From: Isurus oxyrinchus
Lineage: Eukaryota
Reading direction: 5' to 3'
DNA: 64,000 nucleotides
Assembly (NCBI GenBank): GCA_026770705.1
Contig: JANJGN010000021.1
Coordinates: 107,508,001 to 107,572,000 of the forward strand
The notes under the pieces were generated by a model. That model did no database searches. It was not told where the DNA came from and saw nothing but the letters and a program-made list of their open reading frames with translations. Of this stretch, positions 11,115 to 21,902 are shown in pieces. How positions within the stretch are numbered: position 1 is the stretch's first letter; each line of letters begins with the position of its first letter. Made by a program: the position numbers and the translations under genes.

Positions 11115-11834
11115 CTTTTCTTCTCCGCCGATGCTGCCAGACCTGCTGAGTTTTTCCAGGTAATTCTGTTTTTGTTTTGGATTTCCAGCATCTGCAGTTT
11201 TCTTTGTTTTTATCTCTGTTGAAGGTTCATTCGGACTGTGTTCCTCTCCGTAGATGCTGCCAGACTTGCTGAGTTTTTCCAGGTATTTTTGTTTTGGATT
11301 TCCAGCATCCGTAGTTTTTTGCTTTTATCTGAAACAGACCCCTTCGTCTCAGTCCTCTCCAACCAGCCCTGAAACTTACCATTACTCACTCAGTCTACAT
11401 TTCATCTAATCATCCACCCCCCCCCTCCCCCCCAAAAAAAAACAGCTCCATTCCGATAGGTTTCTGGTTGACTTTGATAGAAGGATGAGATTCTATAATC
11501 CTGGTCCCAGTCCGAAAGGGAATGCACAGATTTGCTTTTCTGTAGCACCTATCAATGTCTCAAAGTGCATTCCAACCAGTAGTCACTGCTATCATGTCAC
11601 AATTCGTACACAGCAAGCTCCCACAATAATCTGCCTTCACTGGTATTGTAGTTTTGAGGTAAATATTTAGCCCTGGTCATCAGGGAGAACTCAGTCACTG
11701 CCCCCACCACCGGCATTGTTATTGAGGAGGCTTTTGGTGGGTGGGGACTTCTAACAAGCAGTGGCCAGTGCAGTTGGTCCAAGTTGGGACTCCCTCCCCC
11801 AGTCTCATGGTCATCTTCCCACCTACAGCTCATC

Positions 11835-14800
11835 CAGGGTAATGATAGTATAAAGGGCAGAGAGAGGCAAGGATTCCTGGAGTGTGTTCAGGGAATTTCC
11901 TACAGAAGTAGGTTTCCAGTCCAGTGAGAAAGGAGGCACTGCGAGACCTTGTTCTTGGGGATGAGGTGGTCCAAGGGAATTGAGTGTCAGTAGAGGAACG
12001 TTTAGGGGACAGTGATCATTGTGTTACACGGTTTAGGCTGGTTATGGAAAAGGACAAAGGATAGTCCAGAATAAGAATAATTAACTGGGGGAAAACCTAC
12101 TTTAGCAGGGTAAGAACAAGTCTGGGCCAAATAAACTGGAGTCAAAAGTTGGCACAAAATACATTAGCTGAACGATGGGCTACCTCCAAAGGCACAGTAA
12201 AGGTATTTTCTCTCGGAAGGGAAGAGTCCCCGGATGACAAAAGAGATAGAAATTAAAATAAGGAAGAAAAAATGTGCTTATGAGAAGTGTCAGGTAGTAA
12301 ATACAATTGAGAACAGGCTGAATATAAAAGGTTCAGAGAAGTGAAAAAGCGAATAAAAGAAACAAAGAGGGAGTATGAAAAGAGACTGGCAGCTAACATG
12401 AAAGGGAATCCCAAAGTCTTCTATAGGCATATAAATAGTGAAAGGGTAGTAAAAGGAGGAGCGGGGCTGATTAGGGACCAAAAGGGGAATTTACACATGG
12501 AGGCAGGGGACATGGCTGAGATGTTAAATGAATATTGTCTTTACCAAGGAAGAAGATGCTTCCCAGGCCATGGTGAAAGAGGAGGAAATTCAGTCACTAG
12601 AAGTGTTTAAAATTGATAAGGAGACAAGATATCAGAGAGACTATCTGTACTTAAAGTTAATAAAGCACCGGGACCGGATGAGATGCATCCAAGGATACTG
12701 AGGGAAGTGAGAGTGGAAATTGCAGAGGCACTGGCTGTAATCTTTCAGTCCTCCTTAGACTCAGGGATGGTCCTGGAGGACTGGAGAATTGCAAACGTTA
12801 TGCCCTTGTTCAAAAAAGGGTATAAGGATAAGCTCAGCAACTACTGACCAGTCAGTTTACCTTCATGCTGGCGAAGCTTCTAGAAACAATAATTAGGGAC
12901 AAAGTTAATGGTCACTTGGGAAAATGCAGGTTAATTAAGAAAAGCCAGCATGGATTTCTTAAGGGGAAAATCATGTTTAACTAACTTTCTGGAGTTTTTT
13001 TAATGAGGTAACAGAGAGGGCCAATAAGGGTAATGCTGTTGATGTGGTGTACATGGACTTCCAAAAAGAATTTGATACAGTGCCACACAACAGATTTCTG
13101 AGCAAAGCTACAGCTCATGGAATAGAAAGGACAGTAGCAACGTGGATGCGAAATTGGCTGAGTAACAGAAAACGGAAAGTAGTGGTAAATGAATATTTTT
13201 TGGGCTGGAGGAAGGTTTGTAATGGAGTTTCCCCAGCTTTTCCTGGTAAATATTAATGAGCTAGACCTTAGTGTACAAGGCCCAATTTCAAAATTTGTGG
13301 ATGAAACAAAACTTAGTGAACTGAGAGGAGGTTAGTGTCAAACTTCAAAAGGACATAGGAAAATTGGTGCAATGGATGGACACAGATAGCAGATGAGGTT
13401 CAACATACAGAAATGTGAAGTAATTCATTTTGGTATGCAGAATATGCTGAGAGTATAAAATAAAGGGTACAGCTGTAAAGGGCATACAGAAGCAGAGGGA
13501 TCTGAGTGTATATGTGCATAAGGTAACAGGACAGGTTCAGAGAGCAGTTAATGAAACATACAGTATCCTGGGCTTTATAATAGTGGCATAGAGTACAAGA
13601 GCAAGGAGGTTATGTTGAACTTGTATAAAACACTAGTTCAACCTCAGCTGGATAAGTATTAGGTCCAGTTCTGGGTGCTACTCTTTAGGAAGGGTGTGAA
13701 GACATTGGAGGGAGTGCAGGAAAGATAGACGACAATGGTTCCAGGGATGAGGAACTTCAGTTATGAAGATAGTTTGGCGATGTTAGGATTGTTTCCCTTA
13801 GAGAAAAGAAGGCTGAGAGGGGATTTCATAGAGATTATTTTTAATTCATTCATGGAATGTGGGCGTCACTGGCTGGGTCAGCATTTATTGCCCGTCCCTA
13901 GTTGCCCTTGAGAAGGTGGTGGTGAGCTGCCTTCTTGAACCGCTGCAGTCCATGTGGTTTAGGTACACCCACAGTGCTGTCAGGAAGGGAGTTCCAGGAT
14001 TTTGACCCAGCGACAGTGAAGGAACGGTGATATATTTCCAAGTCAGGATGATGAGTTTCTTGGAAGGGAACTTCCAGGTGGTGGTGTTCTCATGTATCTG
14101 CTGCCCTTGTCCTTCTAGATGGTAGTGGCAGTGGGTTTGGAAGGTGCAGTCTAAGGAGCCTTGGTGAGTTCCTGCAGCGTATCTTGTAGATATTACACAC
14201 TGCTCCCACTGTACGTTGGTGGTGGAGGGAGTGAATGTTTATGGCTGGGGTGCCAATCAAGCGGGCTGCTTTGTCCTGTATGGCATCGAGCTTCTTAAGT
14301 GTTGTTGGAGCTGCACTCATCAAGGCAAGTGGAGAGTATTCCATCACATTCCTGATTCATACCTCATAGATGGTGGACAGGCTTTGGGGATTCAGGAGGT
14401 GAGTTACTCGCTGCAGAATTCCTAGGCTTTGACATGATTTTCGTAGCCACAGTATTTATATGGCTAGTCCAGTTCAGTTTCTGGTCAATGGTAACCCCCA
14501 GGATGTTGATAGGGGGAATTCAGTGATGGTAATGCCATTGAATGTCATGGGGCGATGGTTAGATTCTCTCTTGTTGGAGATGGTCATTCCTGGCACTTGT
14601 GTGGTGCAAATGTTACTTGCCACTTGTCAGCCCAAACCAGGATATTGTCCAGTTCTTGCTGCATTTGGACATGGACTGCTTCAGTATCTGAGGAGTCATA
14701 AATGGTGCTGAACATTGTGCAATCATCAGTGAACATCCCCACTTCTGACCTTATGATGGAAGGAAGGTCATTGATGAAGCAGCTGAGGATGGTTGGGTCT

Positions 14801-15360
14801 GGGACACCACCCTGAGGAACTCCTGCATTGATGTTCTGGAGCTGAGATGACTGACCTCCAACAACCACAACCATCTTCCTTTGTGCTAGGTATGACTCCA
14901 ACCAGTGCAGAGTTTTCCCCCGATTCCCATTGACTCCAGTTTTGCTAGGGCTCCTTGATTCTACACTCGGTCAAATGCGATCTTGATGCCAAGGGCAGTC
15001 ACTCTCACCTCACCAATCAAATTCATTAGGGGTCTGGGCAGACGAGATAGGGAGAAATTGTTCCCATTCATGAAAGGATCGCGAATGAGAGGGCACAAAT
15101 TCAAAGTAATTTGCAGAAGAAGCAATATTTTCACACAGCAAGTGGCTAGGGTTTGGAATGCTCAGGCTGAGAGTGTGGTTGAGGCGGGTTCAGTTGAGGC
15201 ATTCAAAAGGGATTTAGACTGTTACTTGAAAAGGAAGAATGTGAAGGGTTATGGGGAGAAGGCGGGAGAATGGCATTAAGTGAATTGCTCATTCAGAGAG
15301 CTGATGTAGACATGATGGGCTAAATGGCCTCTTTTTGCAGTGTAACAGTTCTGTGATTCT
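11835..15360 (+). mobile_element. CR1-type LINE ORF2, frameshifted and interrupted at about 13838-15012 by a second LINE
   Basis: KREYEKRLAANMKGNPKVFY, PGPD, VYMDFQK.FD.VPH. The copy resumes at about 15015 with RGHKFKV..FTQQV..AFKRDLD. Confidence 0.88.
13838..15012 (-). mobile_element. Second non-LTR (CR1/L2-group) family, 3' fragment nested in CR1
   Basis: ESYLAQRKMVVVVGGQSS..GVPQG..FINDLP..FTDDCT. Same family as 48200-51720, 5290-5660 and 63084-63230. Confidence 0.85.
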
Positions 15361-15854
15361 TTGTTCCACCATTACCCCTGTGCTTGCTGACCTATATTAG
15401 CACCTGTGAATGCCTCAATATTAAAGTTCTTCTTTTTGAACCCCTCCATGGTCTCGCCACTCCCCCTCCCTCTCTAATCTCCTCAGCCCCACAGCCCTCG
15501 AGAAATCAGTGTTCCTCTAATTCTGGCTTCCTGAGCACCCCTAATTTTAACCACAGAAACATTTAAATTTTCAGCATAGAACGAGGCCATTTGGCCCACT
15601 GTCTCAATGCTGACCCAAAAGGAGGCATACAGTCTAATCCTACCTCCCGGCCCTTGGCCTGTAGCCCTGGTCTGTAGTCTGTAGCTTACAGCACTTCAGT
15701 TGTATATCTGAGTGTTTTTAAAACATGATGAGGGTTTCTGCCTCTACCACTCTTTCAGACAGAGTTCCAGATTCCCAACTTCCTCTGCATGAAAATATTT
15801 CCCTCAAACCCCCTCTAAACCTCTTACCCTAAACCTGTACCTCTGTTTCTGATT

Positions 15855-16270
15855 CCTGGGATGAAGGGGTTATCTTATGAAGAAAGGCTGAACAGGTTGG
15901 GTCCATACCCATGGGAGTTTAGAAGCACAAGAGGTGATCTTATTGAAACATGTAAGATCCTGAGGGGACTTGATAGGGTAGGAGGATGTTTCCTCTTGTA
16001 GGGAGACTAAAACTAGGGGACATAGGTTAAAAATAGACAGAGATGAGGAGAAATATTTTCTGCCAAAGTGTCATCATTGTTTGGAATTCTCTTCCTCAGA
16101 AAGTAGTGAAGGCTGGCTCATTGAATCTATTCAAGGCAGAGCTAGACAGAATTTTTGTTAGGCAATCGAGGGTTAAGGGGAACAGAAGGCAAAGTAGAAT
16201 TGAGACCACAGCCAGATCAGCCATGATTTTATTGAATGGTGGAGCAGGCTTGAAGGCCCTACTACTGCTA
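15855..16270 (+). mobile_element. CR1 3' fragment
   Basis: MRRNIFCQ.V..VWNSLPQKVV..FKAELDR plus the tail. Confidence 0.75.
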
Positions 16271-17439
16271 AATTCCCGAGAGTCTTTTGTCAGGCTTACC
16301 AGCGACGTGCACCTCCCAGCGGAGCAGGCTTTGAGTGATTAGCACCTCAATGCCGGACGAGTTGGCTTGAGAGGACACCGCTGTTGGACCACCTTTCTTG
16401 CCGCTGGATATGAAGGGTCTGGCAAAGGCATGGATGGGGGCTGTGGTCAGGCAAATAAACACAGAGTAGGAGATATGGCCTGTGATGGTTGGGTTTCTGA
16501 GGTGTTCTTCCCCATATAGGCAAATGCCAACAGAAAATCCAGGCCATGGTTCCCTAAGGACAATCTTAAGACACAAAACCGCCTGATTATAGAGTATTAA
16601 AAAAATGGACCCTTCTGTTTAAAAACAATTCTGTCGAGTGTGGTTCCTGTGTTGGACTGATTTTTTTTTGTGTGCATGGCAAGTCCACAGCAAACATTCG
16701 GTCATCGTCCCTTAACTCAGAAAGCTTCCCCTTCCCTACATCCTCCCAGAGGGATTAGGTCAACGTACTGAACCCTCGTGATGTTGAACAGACTTGTATG
16801 GCGGCTCAAAGAATCTCACAGTGCAGCAGAGGCCCTTCGGCCCATGAGTCAAGTGTGAGAAAAGTTTTGAATGAAACTACTTTGGCCTGTAAAAGCTCAG
16901 GAATTCCAACGTAGCAACCCTGGAGAGAAGGAAGCCGGAGAGAGTCCTGGTCCATTATTTCTGCCAGGTCTCCTAGAGTCTTACTGCACAGGCCCACATG
17001 GACAAGCTGCTCCGAAACAGGTGCACAAGCTCTGCTGTGTTTTAGAAAAGGACAACACTAGGATTTTGTTGCTGGGATTTGCTCCATCAGTGGAATTTCT
17101 TGCCCAGTTGAAGGGGAGAAGTTTGTAGGCCCATGGGGAAAGGGGGCTAATTGGACAGCTCTTTCAAAGAGCCAGCACAGGCACAGTGGGCTGATTGGCC
17201 TCTTTCTCCACTATAGCATTCTATCACTTTGTAATTTTAAAGTGAATCAAAATCTTACTTTCGTGTGGTAAAGCTACAAACTTCAACCCAAATTGAACTG
17301 AACAATGATGTATCCAGCAAGTGGAGTGCATGTTCAGAATGGATGATTGGGTAAAGTCAGCTCCATGTACAATTTGATGAATGATTTCGTGTGTCAAATT
17401 ATTACCAATTTATTCCCACTGTATAGAATTGAAGATATA

Positions 17440-18150
17440 GAATAGAATCGTAGAATGGTTACAGGACAGAAGGAGGCCATTCAGCCCATTGCCTTATCCT
17501 CGCAGCCCTGAGAATTTTTTTCCTTTAGGTGTTTATCCAATTCCCTTTTGAAAGACATTGTTCAACCTGCCTCCACCCCCACCCTCTCAAGGCAGTGCAT
17601 TCCCGATGACAAGCACTTGCTGCGTGAAAACGTTTTGCCTCATGTACCCTTGCCTCTTTTGCCAATCATCTTAAACCGATGTCCTCTTGTCCTCGATCCT
17701 TGCACCCATGGGAACAGTTTCTCCCTATCGACCCGGTCCAGACCCTTAACGATTTTGAATGCCTCTATCAAATCTCTCCTCAAACCTTCTCCAAGGAAAA
17801 CAGGCCCAACTTCTCCAATCTATCTGGACAGCTGAAGTTCTCCATTCTTTCCTGCACCCCCTCTAGTACCTCCACCTCCTTCCTAAAGTGTGGTCCCCAG
17901 AACTGGATGCAATGCTCACTGTTGATACTGAACCACATTTAGCATAGCTACCCCTCAGCGCATGCACTCACTTTGGAATTTGCACCCTTTATTATACATT
18001 GGTTCTGCTCATTCATCCCACCAAACTGAATTGCTTCACACTTCCCGGCATTAAATTTCATCTGCCACGTGTCCACCCATCCCACCAATCTGCCCACGTC
18101 CCGGCGAAGTCTATTCCTATCCTCCTCACAGTTCAAAATGCTTCCAAGTG
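17440..18150 (-). mobile_element. CR1 3' fragment
   Basis: CEED.NRLRRDV..W.DTWQMKFNA.KC. Confidence 0.75.
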
Positions 18151-18394
18151 TGTCAGGGCCCTTTTAGTTTTGCTGCAGTCATGTTATGGGTTAAACCTAT
18201 CGCCACAAAGCAGGACGCGAGTTGGTGAATCAATTATTTTTCAGCTATCGGCATTTTTGCTATTCAGGTGTGTGAAGCTTTCCATTCAGTCAGTATTAAG
18301 TGTCTTGGGACATTAAAACAGTAGGTCATCCCAAAGGAGAGATGTGAAGCAACAGCAACCAGAGGGCATAGCTTTAAGGTGATCAGTGAAAGTG

Positions 18395-18705
18395 ATCCAG
18401 AACCAGGGGTCACTGTCTGAGGTTATGTGGTAAACCATTTAGGACTGAGATGAGGAGAAATTTCTTCACCCGGAGAGTGGTGAGCCTGTGGAATTCACCA
18501 CAACGGAAAGTAGTTGAGACCAAAACATTGTATGTTTTCAAGAAGGAGTTAGGTATAGCTCTTGGCGCAAAAGGGATCAAAGGATATGGGGAGAAAGCGG
18601 GAGCAGGCTATTGAGTTAGATGATCAACCATGATCATATTGAATGGCGGAGCAGGCTCAAAGGGCCGAATAGCCTACTCCTGCACCTATTTTCTATGTTT
18701 CTATC
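18395..18705 (+). mobile_element. CR1 3' end (same subfamily as 46141-46545)
   Basis: RTEMRRNFFT-coding sequence and a ctcctgc..ttctatgtttct tail. Confidence 0.75.
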
Positions 18706-19086
18706 TTAACCGACATGAGGAAAAACCATTAAACGCAACGAGAGATTAGGATTTGCAATGTCCCACCTGATAGGCTGCTGAATACAGAGCCAGTCTTAGC
18801 TGTCAAAAGGGAATTGGAAACATTGCACGGATGTGGGGCAGGAGGAGAGTGGGACTGACTGCATTGACCTTTGAAAGAGCCGGCGTATTTCGATGGGCTG
18901 ATTGGCCTCTTTCTATGCTGCATTGCCCTATGACTCCATGAAACAGTTTGCTGCACTGCTAGACTGTTCCCCTCTGGGGAGGTGACTGATTTCAAATTTC
19001 AGAGGAAGGGGAACGTGAGGGAATGTTAAGCAGTGGTTCATTTTACACTCCAAGGAATTGTTGATTTACAGACAGTCCCTGTGGCA

Positions 19087-21165
19087 GGTGTCAGTATTTA
19101 CAGGGGTCCCCAGGACCGTGTGCATATTTACAGGGGCCCCCGGGGGTGTGTCAGTATTTACAGGGGTCCCTGGGAGTGTGTCAGTATTTACAGAGAGTTC
19201 CCGGGGAGTGTGTCCGTATTTACAGGGGTCCCCAGGAGTGTGTCAGTATTTACAGGGGTCCCCAGGAGTGTGTCAGTATTTACAGAGAGTTCCCGGGGAG
19301 TGTGTCCGTATTTACAGGGGTCCCCGGGAGTGTGTCAGTATTTATGAGGTCTGTGGGGAGTGTGTCAGTATTTACAGGGGTCCCCGGGAGTGTGTCAGTG
19401 TTTACAGGTGTCCCCGGGAGTGTGTCAGTATTTACAGGGGTCCCTGGGAGTGTGTCAGTATTTACAGTGGTCCCTGGGAATGTGTCAGTATTTACAGGTG
19501 TGCCTGGGAGTGTGTCAGTATTTACTGGGATCCCTGTGAGTGTGTCAGTTTTTACAGATAGTTCCCAGGGAGTGTGTCAGTATTTACAGGAGTCCCCAGG
19601 AGTGTGCTTGTATTTATGGGGTCTCCAGGGAGTGTGTCAGTATTTACAGGGGACCTGGGGAGTGTGTCAGTATTTACAGGAGTCCCCAGGAGTGTGTTAG
19701 TATTTACGGGGTCTACAGGTAGTGTGTCAGTATTTACAGGGGTCCCCGGGGAGTGTGTCAGTATTTACAGGAGTCTTCAGGAGTGTGTTAGTATTTACGG
19801 GGTCTACAGGGAGTGTGTCCGTATTTACAGGGGTCCCCGGGGAGTGTGTCAGTATTTACAGGGGTTCCCAGGGAGTGTGTCAGTATTTACAGGGGTTCCC
19901 AGGGAGTGTGTCAGTATTTACAAGGGTTCCCAGGAGTGTGTTAGTATTTACGGGGTCTCCAGGGAGTGTGCCAGTATTTACAGGGGTCCCCCGGGAGTCT
20001 GTCAGTATTTACAGGGGTCCCCGGGCAGTCTGTCAGTATTTACAGGGGTCCCCGGGGAGTCTGTCAGTATTTACAGGGGTCCCTGGGGAGTGTGTCCATA
20101 TTTACAGGGGTCCCTGGGCGTGTGTCAGTATTTTCAGAAGGTTCCTGGGGAGAGTGTCAGTATTTACAGGGGTCCCCGGGGAGTCTGTCAGTATTTGCAG
20201 GGGTCCCTGGGGATTGTGTCCATATTTACAGGGGTCCCCAGGAGTGTGTCAGTATTTACAGGGTCTGTGGGGAGAGTGTCAGTATTTACAGGGTCTGTGG
20301 GGAGTGTGTCAGTATTTACTGGGTCTTTGGGGAGTGTGTCAGTATTTACAGGGTCTGTGGGGAGTGTGTCAGTATTTACTTGGTCTCTGGGGAATGTGTC
20401 AGTATTTACAGGGTCTGTGGGGAGTGTGTCAGTATTTACAGTGTCTCTGGGGAATGTGTCAGTATTTACAGGGTCTGTGGGGAGTGTGTCAGTATTTACA
20501 GTGTCTCTGGGGAGTGTGTCAGTGTTTACGGGGTCTGTGGGGAGTGTGTCAGTGTTTACGGGGTCTGTATGGAGTGTGAGAGTGTTTACGGGGTCTGTGG
20601 GGACTGTGTCAGTATTTACGGGGTCTGTATGGAGTGTGAGAGTGTTTACGGGGTCTGTGGGGAGTGTGTCAGTATTTACAGGGTCTGAATGGAGTGTGAG
20701 AGTGTTTACGGGGTCTGTGGGGAGTGTGTCAGTGTTTACGGGGTCTGTGGGGAGTGTGTCAGTATTTACAGGGTCTGTATGAGTGTGAGAGTGTTTACGG
20801 GGTCTCTGGGGACTGTGTCAGTATTTACGGGGTTTCTGGGGAGTGTGTCAGTATTTACGGGGTCTAAGTGATTGGGTCAGTATTTATGGGGTCTCTGGAG
20901 AATGAGTCAGTATTTACGGGATCTAAGGGGAGTGGGTCAGTGTTTACGGGGTCTGTGGTGAGTGTGTCAGTGTTTACGGGGTCTGTGGGGCATGTGTCAT
21001 TGTTTACGAGGTCTGTGGGGCGTGTGTCATTGTTTACGGGGTCTGTGGGGCGTGTGTCAGTGTTTACGGGGTCTGTGGGGCGTGTGTCAGTGTTTACGGG
21101 GTCTCTGGGGAGTGTGTCAGTGTTTACGGGGTTTAAGGGGTGGGTGCCACTGTTTACAGGGGTCT
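19087..21165 (+). repeat. 30/31-bp G-rich minisatellite, block 1 (about 70 units)
   Basis: Consensus GTGTGTCAGTATTTACAGGGGTCCCCGGGA, grading into GTGTGTCAGTGTTTACGGGGTCTSTGGGGA. Confidence 0.97.
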
Positions 21166-21902
21166 CAGATTTGCTGCATTCTGACTGGTTCCCAGGTTTG
21201 TGCTCTGACTGTCAGATTGTCAGTCATTGAGAATATTCCAGACTCAAAATTCTGTTAAAATGCTTTGACCCAAACGTCCCCAATTACGGACCACACCCTC
21301 CCTCAGTACAGAACAGCTCCTTTTATGAGTTACTTATAAGTGAGATAACTGGGAAACTTTGCAGTCTGTGTACAATGAACATGGGCCTCATCCCTGTTCA
21401 TTGTATTGTGATGAATAATTACAGAATGGACACACTGAACAGAGACTGCAGCCTAATAGAGGATAAAGGACACAGACTGATAAACCTGCGGGGGTGAGGG
21501 GTGTTGAGGGCAGGGAGGTGCTGGGGTGAGTGGGTGGGACACAGACTGTTTGCTAAACCCGGGAGTGGGGGCAATGTCCCACCTGATAAGCTGCTGAATA
21601 CAGAGTCAGTCTTAGCTTTCAAAAGGGAATTGGAAACATTGCACGGATGTGGGGCAGGAGGAGAGTGTGACTGACTGCATTGACCTTTGAAAGAGCCGGC
21701 GTTTTTTGATGGGCTGATTGGCCTCTTTCTATGCTGCATTGCCCTATGACTCCATGAAACAGTTTGCTGCACTGCTAGACTGTTCCCCTCTGGGGAGGTG
21801 ACTGATTTCAAATTTCATAGGAAGGGGAACGTGAGGGAATGTTAAGCAGTGGTTCATTTTACACACCGAGGAATTGTTGATTTACAGACAGTCCCTGTGG
21901 CA

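Larger units (their letters stand above)
8791..11214 (-). mobile_element. Young 5'-truncated Penelope-like retroelement with an inverted copy of its 3' end; 15-bp TSD
   Basis: Minus-strand RT/GIY-YIG ORF. Near-identical inverted arms at 8791-9506 and 10474-~11178. Direct repeat TCTGTTGAAGGTTCA at 8776-8790 and 11215-11229. Confidence 0.93.
8688..11327. mobile_element. Older short palindromic Penelope-derived element (8688-8790 plus 11230-11327), split by the younger Penelope; 14-bp TSD
   Basis: Arms aaaaatacctggaaaaactcagcaggtctggcag.. and ..ctgccagacttgctgagtttttccaggtattttt are reverse complements. TCTGAAACAGACCC is repeated at 8674-8687 and 11328-11341. Confidence 0.85.

Noticed and set aside
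16270-17130. Short ORFs in an unassigned segment
   Set aside because: No recognisable motifs or exon-like splice pairs. Probably an old repeat that I cannot classify by eye.
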